This document shows, piece after piece, positions 48,912 through 60,103 of a stretch of 64,000 nucleotides of DNA. The notes under the pieces are model-generated. The model saw only the letters and a list, made by a program, of their open reading frames with translations, did not search any database and was not told where the DNA came from. Every line of letters starts with the position of its first letter. Positions within the stretch are counted from its first letter, which is position 1. Source of the DNA: a virus; IMG/VR virus record IMGVR_UViG_3300028377_000007, positions 23,041 through 87,040 of that record; one strand, given 5' to 3'. The translations under genes were made by a program, and so were the position numbers.

Positions 48912-51341
48912 CTATTTAGTATAGAAATATATCTGGTCGTTTTTGATTTTTGAATGTAGTTTATTTTTATTGGATTTTTCTTCTAATAAGTGGTTGGACA
49001 ATGGATTAAAAAATTCTTTTTGAGTTGTCTTTTTAATATTTCTACCACCATATTTTTTAAAGTCGCTTTTTTCTATAATAAAGTCCACAACTTCTTTGCT
49101 ATAAGATATATCTTTAGATTGTAAATCCGCATAATTTAAGAATTTTATTATTTCTTTGTCAACTATTTCTTCGGCTTCTTTAAGCTCCAATTTGTTGAAA
49201 ATTAATATTTCATCTAATCTATTAAGAAATTCTGGCCTGAAATTCTTTTTTATTTCTGAGAGAACCTTTTCCTCTTTGTCCTCTGATTTGGATACAAAGC
49301 CCACCGAATGATTGTCTTTATCAAAGAAATTTGAGCCAATATTACTCGTCAAAATAATCAAAAAGTTTGAAAAATTAACAATTGTTCCATCTCCCAAAGC
49401 TAGTTGCCCCTCTTCAAATATTTGTAGAAAGATATTAAATACTTTTTCGTGAGCTTTTTCTATTTCGTCAAATAATATAACGCCGTCTTTATGCTTTTCA
49501 AGAAAGTCTAATAATATATTAGAATCATCATATCCAATATAACCCGGATTTGCGCCAATTAATCTAGATATAGAGTGTCTTTCATTATATTCACTCATAT
49601 TTATCTGCAAAAAAGAATCTTCTGAAAAATAATTCTTTGCCAATTCTTTTGATAAAAATGTTTTTCCTACTCCCGTTGGACCAACAAACATATAAACACC
49701 CAATGGTTGATGCGGATCTTTAAAACCAAATAACGATCTATTAAGGTTTTTACAAACAGTTTTTATTTGATTGTCTTGGCCAAAAATTGTTTCCCTTATG
49801 GTTTCATGTTTATCTGATATTTTTTTATTTTTTTCTTCTTGTGAACTTACGAATCTATTAACTTGATTGGATGAAACTCCAGAATAAGAACAAAAATCAG
49901 ATATAATGTCTTTTTTGGTAATAGTCCTTTTTCTGTCTGATATATTTTTTACATAAGAAAGAAAGTCTGTATTATATTTCTTTTGTAAATCAGAAAGGTT
50001 TTTTTGTATTTCAACAAAATCAGAGTCAATGTTTATTTCACTAATTATCTTTTCGGTTACTTTTTTGTACTCATCCTTATCTTTGCTTGGAAGATTAAAA
50101 ATGCTTATTTTCTTGGAAGATGATATAAAATCAAGAAACTTAAAAGCCTTTCTCGGAAAATTATCTTTCACCAAAAATTTATCGCACAAATCAACCAACA
50201 AATCTATATTGTTTTTTGAAATTTTAATTCCGTGAAAGCTATTGTATTCTTGTGAACATTTACTGATTATATCTTTGCAAAGCTTTTTACTCGGCTCTTC
50301 TAAATCTATCAACGAAAATCTATTAGAAAAAGCGGCATCTCTTCTTATACTAGAAAAGTATTCTTTATCGGTGGTTGTGCCTATTATTTTAATAGACCCA
50401 TTAGATATATAGGGTTTTAAAATATTCTGAAAATTCAATAAAGATTCGCCGCTAGTACCCATATTAAATATTGTATGAATTTCATCTATAAAAACAATAC
50501 AATTACCAATGCTTTTTATTGCCTCTAAAACGCTTATTAATCTTTTCTCAAACTCGCCTCTTAATGAAGCTCCAGATATTAATAAGGGTGGGTCAATTTG
50601 TATAACAGAAGACTCGTTAAAAATACAATATCTTTTATCTAGGATTTCTTTTACAAAACCTTCTACTAAATTAGTTTTACCTATCCCCGCTTTTCCTAAA
50701 ACTAAAACATTAGAATTTTCTTTTTGACCAATTATTTTAAAAATATTATCTATGTCAGATGATCTATGATAACATTTTTTATCGAGAAAATCTGGGCTAT
50801 TAAGTATTTTGCAGTATTTTTGTATTGTGCTAATATGCGATTCATTTTTGCTTTCAAAATATTTTCTAAAATCTTCGGAACTTTCTCTTCTATTTTCTTT
50901 TGTTTTCTTAGAAAGATCGACTTTTTTAGGGTTTTTTGGTTTATTTATTTGAAAAAGAATTTTTTCTTTTATCTCTGTATGGGGAATACTTAAATCTTCG
51001 CAAATACTTTGTATCTTTTTATACTCTAAAAGCCCCAATAAAAGATTGTTAGCGTTAATGTAGGAAAGATTATTTTCTTCCGCCTGTTTCTTTACTTTTT
51101 TTAATAGACTTGAGACGATAGAAGAATAATTATACTCTTTATTTTCTGGTATTTTAATTGATTTCTTTTTCTTATTATTTTTTTTGTATTGTTTTAAGAT
51201 GCTGCTGTTTTCAATCTCAAAAAAAGAATTAAATATATGTTCTATAGATATTAGACCATTATTTTCATTTATCGCTATTAGAATAGAATTCCTTAGAATG
51301 TTTTTAACTTCTGGATTATAAATAATTTCTTTCACTCTCAT
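48912..51341 (-). CDS. ClpA/ClpB-family AAA+ chaperone
   Basis: GKAGIGKT, FIDEIH, GPTGVGKT, LFDEIEKAH, RPEFLNRLD. Confidence 0.92.
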   Translation of the reverse strand: MRVKEIIYNPEVKNILRNSILIAINENNGLISIEHIFNSFFEIENSSILKQYKKNNKKKKSIKIPENKEYNYSSIVSSLLKKVKKQAEENNLSYINANNLLLGLLEYKKIQSICEDLSIPHTEIKEKILFQINKPKNPKKVDLSKKTKENRRESSEDFRKYFESKNESHISTIQKYCKILNSPDFLDKKCYHRSSDIDNIFKIIGQKENSNVLVLGKAGIGKTNLVEGFVKEILDKRYCIFNESSVIQIDPPLLISGASLRGEFEKRLISVLEAIKSIGNCIVFIDEIHTIFNMGTSGESLLNFQNILKPYISNGSIKIIGTTTDKEYFSSIRRDAAFSNRFSLIDLEEPSKKLCKDIISKCSQEYNSFHGIKISKNNIDLLVDLCDKFLVKDNFPRKAFKFLDFISSSKKISIFNLPSKDKDEYKKVTEKIISEINIDSDFVEIQKNLSDLQKKYNTDFLSYVKNISDRKRTITKKDIISDFCSYSGVSSNQVNRFVSSQEEKNKKISDKHETIRETIFGQDNQIKTVCKNLNRSLFGFKDPHQPLGVYMFVGPTGVGKTFLSKELAKNYFSEDSFLQINMSEYNERHSISRLIGANPGYIGYDDSNILLDFLEKHKDGVILFDEIEKAHEKVFNIFLQIFEEGQLALGDGTIVNFSNFLIILTSNIGSNFFDKDNHSVGFVSKSEDKEEKVLSEIKKNFRPEFLNRLDEILIFNKLELKEAEEIVDKEIIKFLNYADLQSKDISYSKEVVDFIIEKSDFKKYGGRNIKKTTQKEFFNPLSNHLLEEKSNKNKLHSKIKNDQIYFYTK

Positions 51342-51344
51342 ATT

Positions 51345-53960
51345 TTACACTTCCAAGTCTCTCAAAGACATAAAAATTTTTGTTTCAAGCACAGAAAGCT
51401 CATTAACGAATAAAGCTGTACCTGAATCTGCTACTGTTGCAGTTATTACGGCTATGTCATCTTTCTTGGGTTTTTTGCTAAATTCTAAAAAATTAGTCAA
51501 CTTTTTTTCTCTTTTATTGTCCATTAAAATTGCCAAATTATTGCCAGTTTCGTCTGAAATATATAGTTGTAACATTTTTGAGCCAGTATTCTTGCTGTTT
51601 TTTTGTTTTACCGATGTAATTCTCGAAACAATTTTAACCTCTTGATTTTTTTTATTTTTTAAATCGTTTAAGTCTGTAAATATTTCTGGCTTGCTAAAGC
51701 ACTCTTTTAATTTATATTTATAACTGTAACCAAGTAATTCATTTTCAAAAAACCAATTGGCAAATTTTTCTTTTTTCTTGTTTTGCTCATATATTAGCTT
51801 GAATTGGTCGTATTTTTTCTTGAATGTAGAAAATCTTTTATCTGGCATGAACAATTTATTGTCAGACATATTCTTTTTTTCTTTTCTCAAAACGCTTATA
51901 ATTTTCAAAACATCATAATCATAATCTTTAGAAAATTGTAGTATGAATTTCTTTTCTCTATCAGTTAAAATATTAAAAGTTTGGCACTCAAGAACCAACC
52001 TGCATCTGCTATCTTGATAGTCATTCAGAGTCCCAGCTTGTATCAAAGAAGAAAGCGCCCCAATATTTAGACCCGACTCTTTTGCAATAAGAAATAATTC
52101 CACCTTATTCTCGGAATCCCTTTTTCTAAACTTATTAAGGTTTTCCATAGACTTATCGCTTATTTTCTTAATATGCAACAATCCATATCTAACCCCCTCA
52201 TTTTCCACCGAGAAATCCATTTCTGATTTTAATAGGTTTGGCGGAAAAAGTTTAAATCCAGAGTTTTTCATTTCTTGGGCAATGTAAGAAATGGCTTCCT
52301 GTGGTTTTTGCTTGTGCCTTGTCATTTTCAAAAGAGAACAATAAAATTCTTTTGGATAATTAATCTTTAGGTAAGTTGTTAAAGCTGAAAGATTTGCATA
52401 GCTACATGAATGGCTCAAATTAAAAGAATAAGATGCACTTTCATTCGCAACTTTCCACAATACCTTCGCGATATTTTCTCCATCTTCTAGATCTTTGCAT
52501 TTTTCAAAAATCTTTTCTTCCCAAGCTTCCATCTCTTTGATTTTTTTCTTGCCGACACAACGCCTAATTTGTTCAGAATCATCAAGAGAAAACCCGACTT
52601 TATTAATCATCGCCATTAATTGTTCTTGATATAATGGAAGTCCACCTGTGGTATTTAAAATGCTATCAAAGAATGGGTGAACAGATTGTGGTTCTCCAGT
52701 CTCTGAAAATTTAGAATATTCATCTAAGTATGATAAAGCTCCCGGTCTAGCGATTGCTATTACGGCTGATAATTTATCAAAGCTTTTTGGTTTTACTTTT
52801 TGTGTTACCCTGTAATTTGTATCTGCTTCAATTTGAAAAATACCCAACCTATTAAAGTCTTCATTTTGAAAAAAACGATATATTTCTGGGTCATTAACAT
52901 CAATTTTAGAAATGTCTACCCCAGTCTGTCTAATTATATCGTCGATAACACCCAAGGTTTGAAGCCCCAATGCATCAAATTTAAGACTTATCTCTGAAAC
53001 AGTCCTCATATCATAACCACTGATCAAATCTCCTTCTTTGGTTTTTTGAATCGGCATTATTTCATCTACTGGATAATAACTAATCACAACGCCAGAAGCG
53101 TGTACAGAATAATTTTTATTTAATTCGATAAGCTTTAATGCTACATCGAAAATTTCTTTGTTTGTGTCTGCCCATTGCCTGAACTTTTCGTTTGATTGGT
53201 ATATACCCTTTTTGTTTTCATCTTCTGATTCTTTGAACAAAGGTCTTACAACCCCATGAATTTTATCAACATAATCTGAAATTTTATTGGCTTCCTCTTC
53301 TGAATATCCGCCAACAATTTTACATGATTCTTTTAAACAAGCTTTGGTCGCTAAAGTTGAAATATTTAAAATTTTGCAAGTTTTTCCTTTATATTTTTCA
53401 TTTATATACTCAATTATTTTTTGCCTTTTATCGTAAGAAAAGTCTGTATCGACATCTGGCATCAAGCCACCATCAAAAAATGTAATGCCATCTATTTTAC
53501 CTTTTGGCTTTGCTCTTTGTTTGGAAATAAATCTTTCAAAAAACAAATTATGTTCTATTGGATCAATCCCAGTAACATCAATTAAATATAGAATTAAACT
53601 ACCAGCAGCAGAACCACGACCCGCGCCGAAAGGAATTTTAGCTTCCTTGGCATACCTAATAATATCCCAAACAATCAAAAAATAATCAACAAAACCCAAC
53701 TCTTTGATTGTTTCTAGTTCATATTTCGCCCTTTCATAATAATCTTTTTTATTAGCACGATCATTTATTTTCTTGGACTTTATACCAGCGTGACATAATT
53801 TTCTAAGAAATTCATAATTATCTACTTCCTCGCTAATTCCTAATTCTTTGTAAAACCTCTTTTCAATTTTAATCTCTGGCATTCTCACACCAATTGGCAA
53901 GAAGCCATTGTAGGATGAGGTTTTTGTTTTAAAAAAATCTTCTTTGGTTATTTCGCTCAT
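51345..53960 (-). CDS. dnaE: DNA polymerase III alpha, catalytic part lacking the N-terminal PHP domain
   Basis: GRGSAAGS, FERF, PDVDTDF, HASG, KFDALGL, YSFNLSH. Confidence 0.93.
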   Translation of the reverse strand: MSEITKEDFFKTKTSSYNGFLPIGVRMPEIKIEKRFYKELGISEEVDNYEFLRKLCHAGIKSKKINDRANKKDYYERAKYELETIKELGFVDYFLIVWDIIRYAKEAKIPFGAGRGSAAGSLILYLIDVTGIDPIEHNLFFERFISKQRAKPKGKIDGITFFDGGLMPDVDTDFSYDKRQKIIEYINEKYKGKTCKILNISTLATKACLKESCKIVGGYSEEEANKISDYVDKIHGVVRPLFKESEDENKKGIYQSNEKFRQWADTNKEIFDVALKLIELNKNYSVHASGVVISYYPVDEIMPIQKTKEGDLISGYDMRTVSEISLKFDALGLQTLGVIDDIIRQTGVDISKIDVNDPEIYRFFQNEDFNRLGIFQIEADTNYRVTQKVKPKSFDKLSAVIAIARPGALSYLDEYSKFSETGEPQSVHPFFDSILNTTGGLPLYQEQLMAMINKVGFSLDDSEQIRRCVGKKKIKEMEAWEEKIFEKCKDLEDGENIAKVLWKVANESASYSFNLSHSCSYANLSALTTYLKINYPKEFYCSLLKMTRHKQKPQEAISYIAQEMKNSGFKLFPPNLLKSEMDFSVENEGVRYGLLHIKKISDKSMENLNKFRKRDSENKVELFLIAKESGLNIGALSSLIQAGTLNDYQDSRCRLVLECQTFNILTDREKKFILQFSKDYDYDVLKIISVLRKEKKNMSDNKLFMPDKRFSTFKKKYDQFKLIYEQNKKKEKFANWFFENELLGYSYKYKLKECFSKPEIFTDLNDLKNKKNQEVKIVSRITSVKQKNSKNTGSKMLQLYISDETGNNLAILMDNKREKKLTNFLEFSKKPKKDDIAVITATVADSGTALFVNELSVLETKIFMSLRDLEV

Positions 53961-54799
53961 TATCTAAAACAAGCTCCTGCCAAATAATCAGCTTTATCAT
54001 TCCATTTATCACTAGAATGTGCTTTTACTTTTACAAAATTAAATATATGTTCTTTGTTTTCTTCTATGAATTTTCTATACTTCTCAGAATATTCGTTGTT
54101 TCTTTCCCAAGCTTTTGCATCCTCTTTGAAAAAATCTGAAACCCATTTGTATATTCCTTCATAATCGTAGTGGATTGAGACTTTCTGATTATTTTTTTTA
54201 GCCCACTGTACGGCCCTAATGGACGCTGTAAGTTCTCCAACAATCTGTCTGTGCTTACTGGCCCCTTCGCCGTCTACAATACCAGAATAAGATTTTAATT
54301 CGTTTTCTTTGTCTTTATCGGTAATACACAATCCCCAACTTGTTTTATTTAATTCCTCATTAAAAGATCCATCAACATAAGCATGAACATAGTCTTGTGA
54401 TAACTTTGATTCAAAATCATAAATATGATACTTTACTTTCTTTTCCTCACATAAATCAATGGATAATTTTGTTCCTTTACTTTCTCTATCCCAAAATGCA
54501 ATCAAAAAATCTGCCTCTTCTACAATTTGAGCATTTCTTTTCATTCCCGCTCCTTTAAAATATACTCTCTGCCCACCAGCTACTAAAGGATGCCAATTTG
54601 GATAAAAAATCTTAATTGGTTTCCCATATTCTTTGCACCATTCCATAGACATTTCATCTGCCCCTTTTGCTCCGCCAGAAACTATATATTCTATTCTGTG
54701 TTTTTCATTTATTTTATTGAGAATTGAAAACAATCTCTCTTTATCATCAAATTCTCTCGAACCTACTACTGCTAATTTCATTATATATTTAATCTCCAA
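53960..54799 (-). CDS. SLOG (YspA-like) - RNase HI fusion
   Basis: VVGSR, SGGAKGAD, RN, FWD..SKGT; YVDGS, GE, YDYEG, KVKAHS...NDKAD. Confidence 0.85.
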   Translation of the reverse strand: MEIKYIMKLAVVGSREFDDKERLFSILNKINEKHRIEYIVSGGAKGADEMSMEWCKEYGKPIKIFYPNWHPLVAGGQRVYFKGAGMKRNAQIVEEADFLIAFWDRESKGTKLSIDLCEEKKVKYHIYDFESKLSQDYVHAYVDGSFNEELNKTSWGLCITDKDKENELKSYSGIVDGEGASKHRQIVGELTASIRAVQWAKKNNQKVSIHYDYEGIYKWVSDFFKEDAKAWERNNEYSEKYRKFIEENKEHIFNFVKVKAHSSDKWNDKADYLAGACFR

Positions 54800-55413
54800 A
54801 TTTGTTTTTTGAATACCTCGAAATTCTTTCTTATATCGTACTTTGCATCATGGGCCTTTTTATCGTCAAAGTCAATATCAAAATGTTTACAACAAGCCCC
54901 TAGATTTGTTTTTAAGCCCCTTTGAACAATATCTTTTAACTTAAACTGCCATTTCGACAAAGACTTTTCGTTGAACGAGATTTCTTTTAGAATAGCTTTC
55001 TGTAAACAATTAGTGTCAATTATTCTATTTTCGTTAATATAAGAATAATCTGTTTTAAAACCCAAAAGATTTCTATATATCATATGTATATATGTATCGA
55101 AGCCCATAAAATTATGGCCTATAACAATATAATCCTTATTATAACAATAAGAATCTAGTTTCTTTAATACGGGAAGCGGGTCTTCGGCAATTTGTTTATA
55201 TTTTTCCTCATTGAACTTTGTAATCCTTTTTGCTTCTGGGGAAATATTCAAATCATCCCACCAAAGATAATGATCTTTTATTTCAGAAATTTTTCCATTT
55301 TCAACGATCAAATAGGATAGTTGCCAAGGTTTATTATCTTTACTATAAAGATTTAAATTGCATGTTTCAAAATCCGCAATTATATATTTTTGTTTAAAAT
55401 TATTTATTAGCAT
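54781..55413 (-). CDS. DEDDh 3'-5' exonuclease (DnaQ-like)
   Basis: DFET, GHN..FD, HDAKYD. Confidence 0.88.
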   Translation of the reverse strand: MLINNFKQKYIIADFETCNLNLYSKDNKPWQLSYLIVENGKISEIKDHYLWWDDLNISPEAKRITKFNEEKYKQIAEDPLPVLKKLDSYCYNKDYIVIGHNFMGFDTYIHMIYRNLLGFKTDYSYINENRIIDTNCLQKAILKEISFNEKSLSKWQFKLKDIVQRGLKTNLGACCKHFDIDFDDKKAHDAKYDIRKNFEVFKKQIWRLNI

Positions 55414-56143
55414 CTAAATAGCTCTCCCAGCAAAATTCTTTTGAAGAAAAGTCGTTCAAGTTTGGCTTTTCCAAAGTAGTTGAACCAAATTTTCTGTTTG
55501 TTAACAATTTGTAGGCGGTCAATGTATTTATATCAGATCTTTTATTATAATATATGCTTTTCGATTCTAAAACTTTTAAGTCATTCTTTTTGCAAAATTT
55601 AACCACTGATTCTCTCAACAAAAAATCAAATGATAAACAATTATCTTCTAAGAAAAAAACGGGGCCATTCAACTTTGCTAAATCTGGCGGCATACAAAAA
55701 CTAAATTTAAAATTATTATAGTAAATAAAACTATCATAGAAAGGAAAGCATACCGATATTAAATCTTTATCAAATACACTTAGCAAATAATTATTATCTA
55801 TACACCCTTCCTCTCTTTCTCTGGAATATGAGAATATTTTATTTAACAATTTAATACCATCTCTGTTTTTTGCAAATATAATAATCTTGCTGGTAGTATT
55901 CTCTTCAATTTTTTCTAATTCTTTTAGATCATTGCAAATAGAAACTCTTAGCCCAAAAATAACATTAACCCCCAATTCTTCCGCATTTTCTAATAGTCCG
56001 ACAGATTGAGATAAATTATCCTCCACAACACAAATATCTTTTAGTCCAAAGCTAAAAATACTGGTTTTGTTTTCTTCTTCCGCCACAGAGCTTGTCAATA
56101 AAGAATTCCCAATTGATGCGTGTGTTTTAAAAATTGGCAACAT
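55400..56143 (-). CDS. stand-alone PHP-like N-terminal part of the split DnaE
   Basis: FKTHASIGNSLL, IFGLR, IFAKNRDG. Confidence 0.75.
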   Translation of the reverse strand: MLPIFKTHASIGNSLLTSSVAEEENKTSIFSFGLKDICVVEDNLSQSVGLLENAEELGVNVIFGLRVSICNDLKELEKIEENTTSKIIIFAKNRDGIKLLNKIFSYSREREEGCIDNNYLLSVFDKDLISVCFPFYDSFIYYNNFKFSFCMPPDLAKLNGPVFFLEDNCLSFDFLLRESVVKFCKKNDLKVLESKSIYYNKRSDINTLTAYKLLTNRKFGSTTLEKPNLNDFSSKEFCWESYLDANK

Positions 56144-56164
56144 TTAATATACCTTATCTTTTTT

Positions 56165-57259
56165 TTACTCAAAGTCAAGTCTCAAATCTTTATCATTATG
56201 AAAACCTGCTGCTCGATCTGATTCTTTCCAGTAGGGACAACCCTCATAATGAAATAATTTAATTTTTTGGCCTTTTTTGGCTTTTTTCTTTAATTTCTCT
56301 AAATCTTTTGCAAAAACGCTTGTTCCAACAATCATTTTATCATTTTCATCAACCAAAGCATAATAATCAAATGGCAATCTTGCAGAACACATATAAGATT
56401 TAATCTTTTTGCCATTTTCTAATTTAAAATCCCATTGCCCCGTTGTTTTATTTTTTGTTTGTCGATATGGTTTTCCGCACTTTAGAATTCCGCTAAAACC
56501 CTCTTTGGGATATCCTTTTGTTCCTGCAAAATTGGAATGCGCCGCTTCAATATCAAAAGAATCAAGAAATTCAGATATTTCTAATAACTCGTATTTCGCG
56601 CCAAGCAATTCTACATCGCTAATTCTTTCCATCAAAACATATCCCTTTTTATTTAAATCAAACTTAATAAAAAGAAATTCAAAATCAATGTCATTTACCT
56701 CTGGAAACAATTCTTTAACAGCCATTCTATACATTAAATCCTGAATGTTATTATTTAAATCCTCCCCTTTGAATGTTTCTTTGCTTGTTTTAAAGTCCCT
56801 GATAATTGCGGTGTTATTATCTTTCAAAAATAACTTATCAATAAAACCTCTCATTCTGAATTTTTTATCTTCCACGGAAACGACTGTATCAAAATCAATT
56901 TCCGAATAATGTTTTTTTAAACCTTTTATTTTTTCGCCAAAGAAGTCGTACTTTAAAGCTCTGAAAAGCATCTTTTCTATGAGATCCATGTTTTCTTGAT
57001 TTAAGAAATTATTGTCAGACAACCTTTTTTCTGCTTCTTTTAAAAACTCTTTGTCAGAAGATAATTTGTTTACCGCAATCATTTTATCATAACGACCTTT
57101 GTTTTCTGGTTTGGATAATTCTTCACAAATATGGTGAACAATATCTCCTCGACAGGAACCCTCATTATGTGTTCTTGGGATATTTAAAATGTATGTAGCA
57201 TGATATAGCCAGTGGCATTCTTTTAATGTTTTAATTCTACTTGGTGATAAAGGGATCAT
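56165..57259 (-). CDS. PD-(D/E)XK nuclease (AddB/Cas4-like)
   Basis: LSPSRIK..C, GFIDK, DFKTS. Confidence 0.82.
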   Translation of the reverse strand: MIPLSPSRIKTLKECHWLYHATYILNIPRTHNEGSCRGDIVHHICEELSKPENKGRYDKMIAVNKLSSDKEFLKEAEKRLSDNNFLNQENMDLIEKMLFRALKYDFFGEKIKGLKKHYSEIDFDTVVSVEDKKFRMRGFIDKLFLKDNNTAIIRDFKTSKETFKGEDLNNNIQDLMYRMAVKELFPEVNDIDFEFLFIKFDLNKKGYVLMERISDVELLGAKYELLEISEFLDSFDIEAAHSNFAGTKGYPKEGFSGILKCGKPYRQTKNKTTGQWDFKLENGKKIKSYMCSARLPFDYYALVDENDKMIVGTSVFAKDLEKLKKKAKKGQKIKLFHYEGCPYWKESDRAAGFHNDKDLRLDFE

Positions 57260-58322
57260 TGATTTGATATTTGATTTTTGATATTGTTTCTTTTACTTCT
57301 TCTGTTTTTAAATGTGATTGCCTAATAATTTCTTTATCTCTTAATAAAGATAAAATGTATTTTTTATTTTCTATGCCTAAATTATCTGTATTTTTAAAAT
57401 TAAAAAAGTCTTCCCTTCTTTCTTGCATATCCCCGAAGTCTCCATCTGTTGGTAATTGAATGTATATTTTTTCAATTGGGATTATTTCTGACGCTTTTAC
57501 TAAATTAACTATTGATTTTACTAATCCAGAATTTACTTTAGAGTTACAATCATTGTTAAAAGATATAATTATCTTTTCAAGATTTAATGAAGCTAAATAA
57601 CAAAGCAATTTTGAATTTATATAAGTTGTAAAACATACCGCTTGATTAAATATATTATTTTCTGATAAAGCCAAACTATCCCCAATGCTCTCAACTAATC
57701 GAACAGACCTTTTTTCTATTATTGATTTTAGAAATATATCAGATAAAAAGGCTGGATAAATAAAATTAACCACATCTTTTGTGTGCATCCACTTTATAGA
57801 CTTTTTATTATCTTTGTTGTATCTAAGATTTCTACCTGAAAAACCATGTATTTTTCCAAATTGATTATATATTGGAAAAACAAAAAAGTTCTTAAAGTTA
57901 TTCTTCTTTCCAACGCCACCTTTATAAAGTTCTAATGTTTTTTTTGATATGTTTCTTTTTAAATAAAAATCATATTCTTTGTATAAATTATCTAAAATAG
58001 AATCATCGAATATTTTATTTATTTCAATATTCTTTCTATATGAATCCAAAGACAAATCTATACTCGTATCATTTGATTCTAAATTTTCACAATACTTGTC
58101 TATTATATTTTTATCTTTTGTGTTTAATATTTTAGAAACTAAAGCTCTAAATGGTAGATACTGAGTTCCAGAAACAAAATCTTTCCAAACGCCAGAATTT
58201 TTATAAACTCTAATAGCGGTTGGATTATCGCCGCCCCTATATTTGGCTTTTACATGATAATAATCCCCTCTTTCAACTAGATCGCATTCTAGGTTTTTTA
58301 ATATTGTTTTTATTTTATCCAT
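57237..58322 (-). CDS. DnaG-like primase
   Basis: FPIYN...GFSGR, KW, VESIGD, Toprim-like FNND. Confidence 0.82.
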   Translation of the reverse strand: MDKIKTILKNLECDLVERGDYYHVKAKYRGGDNPTAIRVYKNSGVWKDFVSGTQYLPFRALVSKILNTKDKNIIDKYCENLESNDTSIDLSLDSYRKNIEINKIFDDSILDNLYKEYDFYLKRNISKKTLELYKGGVGKKNNFKNFFVFPIYNQFGKIHGFSGRNLRYNKDNKKSIKWMHTKDVVNFIYPAFLSDIFLKSIIEKRSVRLVESIGDSLALSENNIFNQAVCFTTYINSKLLCYLASLNLEKIIISFNNDCNSKVNSGLVKSIVNLVKASEIIPIEKIYIQLPTDGDFGDMQERREDFFNFKNTDNLGIENKKYILSLLRDKEIIRQSHLKTEEVKETISKIKYQINDPFITK

Positions 58323-59827
58323 TAAAAATCTGGTAAATCATTATTGCCCGAGGAAGCTGGTTCATTTTCTTCTTCTATTTTTCTAACTATATCTCTTAAA
58401 TCACCTTTTTCTTGAATATCAAAATTTGAGAAATCTAAATTAATAAAATTCTGCTGCAATGACCCGTCTGGCATTTTTATTGGAACTAAAGCCCCCTCAA
58501 CATCTTGTCCCAAGTGTCTAGGTTTTAAATTGATTAGTTTATGGGTTCCAAATTCTTTGCCTTCTTTTTTTGCAATCTCATCTAATGTCTTTTTACGCAA
58601 AAGAAACATATGAGAACAATATTGTTGGATCATATCAGAAAGTCCAATAATTCCCTCGTCTTCTTGGACATCCTTGGAATGTTTATTTGTGACAATGCCT
58701 GATCTATTAGCTTGAACACTTGTAAAACATGATATCAGCGGCTCAGAACCATCTACAATGTCTTTTTGAATTGTTTGTTTTATTCGATTTACTAATTGGC
58801 CAACTGCAATCCAATGGTCGGATCTACCTTCTGGCAACTTAATGTAATCGAATGAAAAAAAAGCATTTTTTCCTCTACCCACTTTTGAATAATATGTATG
58901 TTTTAAAGTATTGCATATTTCATCAGCACTTTTCCCTGCTACATTAAAATAATAAAATTTTTCCTGTTCTTGAATGACTTTATAAGTTTTTCTGACTCTA
59001 TTAACGATTTCTTCTCCAGACGATGACCACCTACCAGTTCTTATTAAATATATAGGAACCCCAGATAAGGCTGAGAACCTTCTAAACTGCAATTCTTTTT
59101 TACTCATTTCTCCATTATCAAAGTGAATTACTGGAACATTATACTTATTTGCTGTATAAGAACAATATTCTAAAGCCAATGAGGTTTTTCCTACCCCAGA
59201 CCTACTTACAATTACAGTTATATTTCCGGGTAATAATAGTGATCCATAAATTTTGTTTAATGTCGGAAATGGACCCATAAACCCATCTTCCTCAATTGGG
59301 TTCTTGCCTAATTCCTCGATCATATCAATCATTCCATCATAAAGATTTTCTATTCTATCTTCACCTAATTCAAAAGAATTTATGACAGAATTGAATGATT
59401 CATCACAAATAGAAATTATATCTTGATAAGATGCGTCATTTGATATATTTTTTACCTTTGAATGGGTTGTTCTCGCCGCGTTGCAAATTTCTCTTTTTAC
59501 GGTATACTTCTTTAATTCTTGCACCAAAGAATCAATACTTTCCTCCGAAATTTGTCTCAAATATAGGCTGTCTATATAATCAGCTTTATTTGTTTTATTG
59601 GCGAATGATACATCCAAAGAATTAATTCTATCCAATACCAAAGACCGATCAATCTTTCCGCCATTCTCTAATATTTGTTTTATTACATAATATATTTTTC
59701 CATTTACATTATTTTTTGTTGAATCAAAATCGTTTGACGATATGATTGCATTATATTTAAAATAATGATTTGGGTGTTGTAAAAAAGCGGCAAGAACTTG
59801 TTGTTCTATTTCTAAAGAATATAACAT
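58322..59827 (-). CDS. dnaB: replicative helicase
   Basis: EQQVLA, RSGVGKT, DNGEM, FDYIK, QANR. Confidence 0.9.
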   Translation of the reverse strand: MLYSLEIEQQVLAAFLQHPNHYFKYNAIISSNDFDSTKNNVNGKIYYVIKQILENGGKIDRSLVLDRINSLDVSFANKTNKADYIDSLYLRQISEESIDSLVQELKKYTVKREICNAARTTHSKVKNISNDASYQDIISICDESFNSVINSFELGEDRIENLYDGMIDMIEELGKNPIEEDGFMGPFPTLNKIYGSLLLPGNITVIVSRSGVGKTSLALEYCSYTANKYNVPVIHFDNGEMSKKELQFRRFSALSGVPIYLIRTGRWSSSGEEIVNRVRKTYKVIQEQEKFYYFNVAGKSADEICNTLKHTYYSKVGRGKNAFFSFDYIKLPEGRSDHWIAVGQLVNRIKQTIQKDIVDGSEPLISCFTSVQANRSGIVTNKHSKDVQEDEGIIGLSDMIQQYCSHMFLLRKKTLDEIAKKEGKEFGTHKLINLKPRHLGQDVEGALVPIKMPDGSLQQNFINLDFSNFDIQEKGDLRDIVRKIEEENEPASSGNNDLPDF

Positions 59828-59833
59828 TACTAA

Positions 59834-60103
59834 TTATTCTTCTCCGAATTCTGCGTCTGGGTTTTCGCCTATGCTATACAATTTTTCTTTTGTTTCACAA
59901 TATTTGAAAAGATCAAATAAAAATGCCTTTTCAATACAAAGGTGGGAAAACTTTTCCACTATCTTTGTTTCTCCTTTTTCATCTAGGGTTATCATAAAAA
60001 TACCTTTGATATTTCCATCTCCAGAATTATTATAAATTTCCTCTATCATCTCTAGTGGAATTTGAAAATTTGTATTTTCTATATCTTCTATTTCGTCGCT
60101 CAT
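59834..60103 (-). CDS. hypothetical protein
   Basis: ORF track. Confidence 0.65.
   Translation of the reverse strand: MSDEIEDIENTNFQIPLEMIEEIYNNSGDGNIKGIFMITLDEKGETKIVEKFSHLCIEKAFLFDLFKYCETKEKLYSIGENPDAEFGEE

Noticed and set aside
56165-57259. CRISPR-Cas system
   Set aside because: No repeat-spacer array seen; the Cas4-like nuclease sits in the replication module.
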